The notes beneath the pieces were generated by a model. It saw only the letters and a program-made list of their open reading frames with translations, was not told where the DNA came from and ran no database searches. A program made the translations under genes and the position numbers. A stretch of 63,166 bases of DNA, counting the filler, from an uncultured Methanoregulaceae archaeon (lineage in GTDB: Archaea > Halobacteriota > Methanomicrobia > Methanomicrobiales > Methanospirillaceae): assembly GCA_964530035.1 (NCBI GenBank). It is 9 parts of 9 records of this genome, joined end to end, with 100 filler letters (N's around TTAATTAATTAA, not from the genome) between each part and the next. Parts side by side here need not be neighbours in the genome. Positions count along the whole stretch, not along the records: positions 56,535 to 63,166 come from CAZGXZ010000148.1; 8 more parts are not named here. The stretch is one strand, 5' to 3'. This document shows, in pieces, positions 61,016 to 63,166 of the stretch (its first letter is position 1; each line of letters starts with the position of its first letter).

Positions 61016-61642
61016 ATGAATGAAACCCGTGCCCGGGAATTCGATGTAATTGCAACGACCGTCTTCGCCCCCATCTATCCGGTCATAGCCAGGCAGGTCC
61101 TGGATAGGTCAGGTATGGATGAGGGTACAGCCCTGGACATCGGATGCGGGCCGGGCCTTTTATCTATTGCCCTTGCCAGGCAGTCCCGCCTCCGCGTATT
61201 CGGTCTTGACCGTTCGCCCTGCATGCTCGCAATAGCGGCTGGACATATACGGGAAGCCGGTCTGGTACAACGGGTCGTCCCGGTGCTCGGTGACGTCCAT
61301 GAATTACCGTTCGAAGACCGGACGATTGACCTTGTTGTGAGCCGGGGCTCCTGGTTTTTCTGGGATGATCTCGTCCTCGCGTTCAGGGAGATCCACCGGA
61401 TCATTGCACCGGGTGGCACTGCCTGTATCGGAGGAGGGTTTGGCAACCAGGTATTGAAAAAAGAAATCGAGACCACCATGAGGGCGCGTTCACCTGACTG
61501 GGACAATGGCGTCAGGGAACGGACGATGAGGAACAAGCCCGAACGCATAAAGGCTGATCTTGAACGGGCCGGTATCCGGTCGTACCACCTTGTCCAGGAC
61601 GAGACCGGTTTCTGGGCGGTCATCCCCGGGGGGAGGCCGTAG
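61016..61642 (+). CDS. Class I SAM-dependent methyltransferase (metal-chelate-importer associated)
   Basis: FAPIYPVIA, LDIGCGPG, DLVVSRGSWFFW, IGGGFG. Start could be GTG 60971. Confidence 0.9.
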   Translation: MNETRAREFDVIATTVFAPIYPVIARQVLDRSGMDEGTALDIGCGPGLLSIALARQSRLRVFGLDRSPCMLAIAAGHIREAGLVQRVVPVLGDVHELPFEDRTIDLVVSRGSWFFWDDLVLAFREIHRIIAPGGTACIGGGFGNQVLKKEIETTMRARSPDWDNGVRERTMRNKPERIKADLERAGIRSYHLVQDETGFWAVIPGGRP

Positions 61643-61643
61643 A

Positions 61644-63166
61644 ATGCCTGTTCATTGCAATGTCTGCGAGATGAACTGTGTAATACCTGAAAATGCGTCA
61701 GGTCGTTGTGGTATGCAGGTAAACCTGGAGGGACGGATGAATGACCGGTTTCCCGATGCCTATCTTATCGAGTACCCGGTGAACATTGAAACCGTCCCGT
61801 TCCTCCATTTCTTTCCGAGGGAAAAATTTCTCCAGGTCAGTACCATAGGGTGCAATTTCTCCTGTCCGGGGTGTGTATCTGAAATTCTCACCCGGAACGT
61901 TGCAGAGTTCGCTCCCTCGCTCATGAAAAAGACACCAGACATGGTCGTCAAACGGGCCCTTTCTGAAAACTGCCGGGGGATCGTCTTCTCACTAAACGAA
62001 CCTGCAGTCTCCTTTTCAACCTTTCGAGGCCTTGCCGGCCGTGCACGAGAGGCGGGGCTGCTTGTCGGGTGTGCCACGAACGGGTACTTCACGCACGCTG
62101 CCCTTCAATCGCTTGCCCCGTTCCTCGATGCTGCAGCCGTCGGTATCAAGGGGTGCACCAGGGCAGCATATGAGGCATGTGGTGCACCATCTCCTGATCC
62201 GGTATTCCGCAACATATCCACACTGGTTGATTCAGGGATCCATGTCGAGGTAACGGTGGTCCATACTGCCGGGTCCGAGGAGGAGGTCATTGAAACATGC
62301 AGGCGGGTATCCCTTCTCTCACCCGACATCCCTGTCCAGGTCATGAGGTTTATCGCATTCGGTCCGGCCGATCTCTCATTAGAACCCGCAATCAGTGTTT
62401 CCGAAAAGTTATGCGACCGGCTCAACGAGCACTCCCGGTACGTTTACCTCTTCAACTCACCTGGTTCCGCCTATCTTTCCACGCGCTGCCCTGATTGCGG
62501 GTCAGTTGTTGTGAGCCGGGAACTTTTCGGACCCATGGGTGCCCGCATCATCGGCCACGATGTGGACTGGGTCTGCAGGTGCGGCTTCCATATCCCGTAC
62601 ACCGGGAACTGCGCCGCCATACCTTACCAGGAGGAAGGCATGATGGGAGGGTACCGTCCGACGAGGGCACTTGAGATCATCAAGGCCATCGCTGACTGTC
62701 TTGGGATAAGGGATGAGCAGACCTGCACCAGGGTGTGGGTGGACTTCGTATCACACAACTACATCGACACCGTCCATAAAAAAGTCCAGGACATTGACCA
62801 TTACTATGAGATCATCAATCATATCGCTGAACTAACGGGCAGCGAAGAGAATGGAGCCGCTCTCATCCGGTTTCTCAGGGAAAAGACTGCGGAGATATCC
62901 AGAAGGGTTCGGGGCCTCAGGAAACCACGAGTCCTGTACGTCATGGGGACGCCACTCTTTGTCCTCAACGAGAACCGTTTTGAAAACTCCCTCGTGAAGG
63001 TAGCCGGTGGAGAGCCCCTGAACAGGGATCTTCCAAGGACCGGGAAACCCGGTATCATGATGAGCCCTGAAAATATCATCCGGATGGACCCCGAGGTCAT
63101 TGTTATTTCCGGATTCCTTTCGAGCCCGGTCGAAGATTCTTATAACGTCTGCAGAAACCTGGGAAT
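61644..63166 (+). CDS. Radical SAM protein (AmmeMemoRadiSam/PflA-like) fused to a C-terminal helical-backbone SBP domain (runs off window)
   Basis: Not in ORF track. Manual translation is open for 507 codons: N-terminal CNVCEMNC...GRC, rSAM motif GCNFSCPGC (from 61851), NEPA, TNGY, TRCPDCG...CRCG, then KPRVLYV...AGG...MSPENIIRMDPEVIVI. Confidence 0.9.
   Translation, partial: MPVHCNVCEMNCVIPENASGRCGMQVNLEGRMNDRFPDAYLIEYPVNIETVPFLHFFPREKFLQVSTIGCNFSCPGCVSEILTRNVAEFAPSLMKKTPDMVVKRALSENCRGIVFSLNEPAVSFSTFRGLAGRAREAGLLVGCATNGYFTHAALQSLAPFLDAAAVGIKGCTRAAYEACGAPSPDPVFRNISTLVDSGIHVEVTVVHTAGSEEEVIETCRRVSLLSPDIPVQVMRFIAFGPADLSLEPAISVSEKLCDRLNEHSRYVYLFNSPGSAYLSTRCPDCGSVVVSRELFGPMGARIIGHDVDWVCRCGFHIPYTGNCAAIPYQEEGMMGGYRPTRALEIIKAIADCLGIRDEQTCTRVWVDFVSHNYIDTVHKKVQDIDHYYEIINHIAELTGSEENGAALIRFLREKTAEISRRVRGLRKPRVLYVMGTPLFVLNENRFENSLVKVAGGEPLNRDLPRTGKPGIMMSPENIIRMDPEVIVISGFLSSPVEDSYNVCRNLG

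Noticed and set aside
1..63166. Functional linkage of the cobalamin operon with the QueG-like gene or the FecBCD/radical SAM operon by proximity
   Set aside because: They lie on different contigs, so proximity is an artefact.

Overview
Archaeal DNA from a Methanomicrobiales methanogen (Methanolinea/Methanoregula-like by gene content and a 16S 5' end). The window is not one locus. It is nine unlinked contigs joined by 100-nt N-TTAATTAATTAA-N spacers, and the complete contigs are sorted by decreasing length (7210 to 6673 bp), so adjacency across spacers has no meaning. Contents: (1) hem/cob/cbi tetrapyrrole operon; (2) accessory island with a QueG-like Fe-S protein, three SAM methyltransferases and two tandem Cys-rich secreted paralogs; (3) surface-protein/DUF1616/DUF58/MoxR cluster; (4) pstS-pstC/A fusion-pstB with divergent phoU, where pstS and phoU both carry homopolymer frameshifts; (5) core genes moaA, rlmE, pcn, priL, rps17e, dapAB, ferredoxin, asd; (6) condensation-domain protein, K+ channel, MFS; (7) ABC exporter, group II PLP decarboxylase, PEGA protein; (8) 5' end and leader of 16S rRNA, RND/COG1361 pair, wHTH-PAS regulator, nudC; (9) FecBCD-type metal-chelate ABC importer with a methyltransferase and a radical SAM enzyme fused to a substrate-binding-protein domain. 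The best leads are the radical SAM-SBP fusion operon (missed by the ORF track), the disulfide-rich paralog pair with divergent C-terminal tips, and a dispersed hairpin-rich repeat present at three contig ends. Family assignments come from motif recognition, not database searches.
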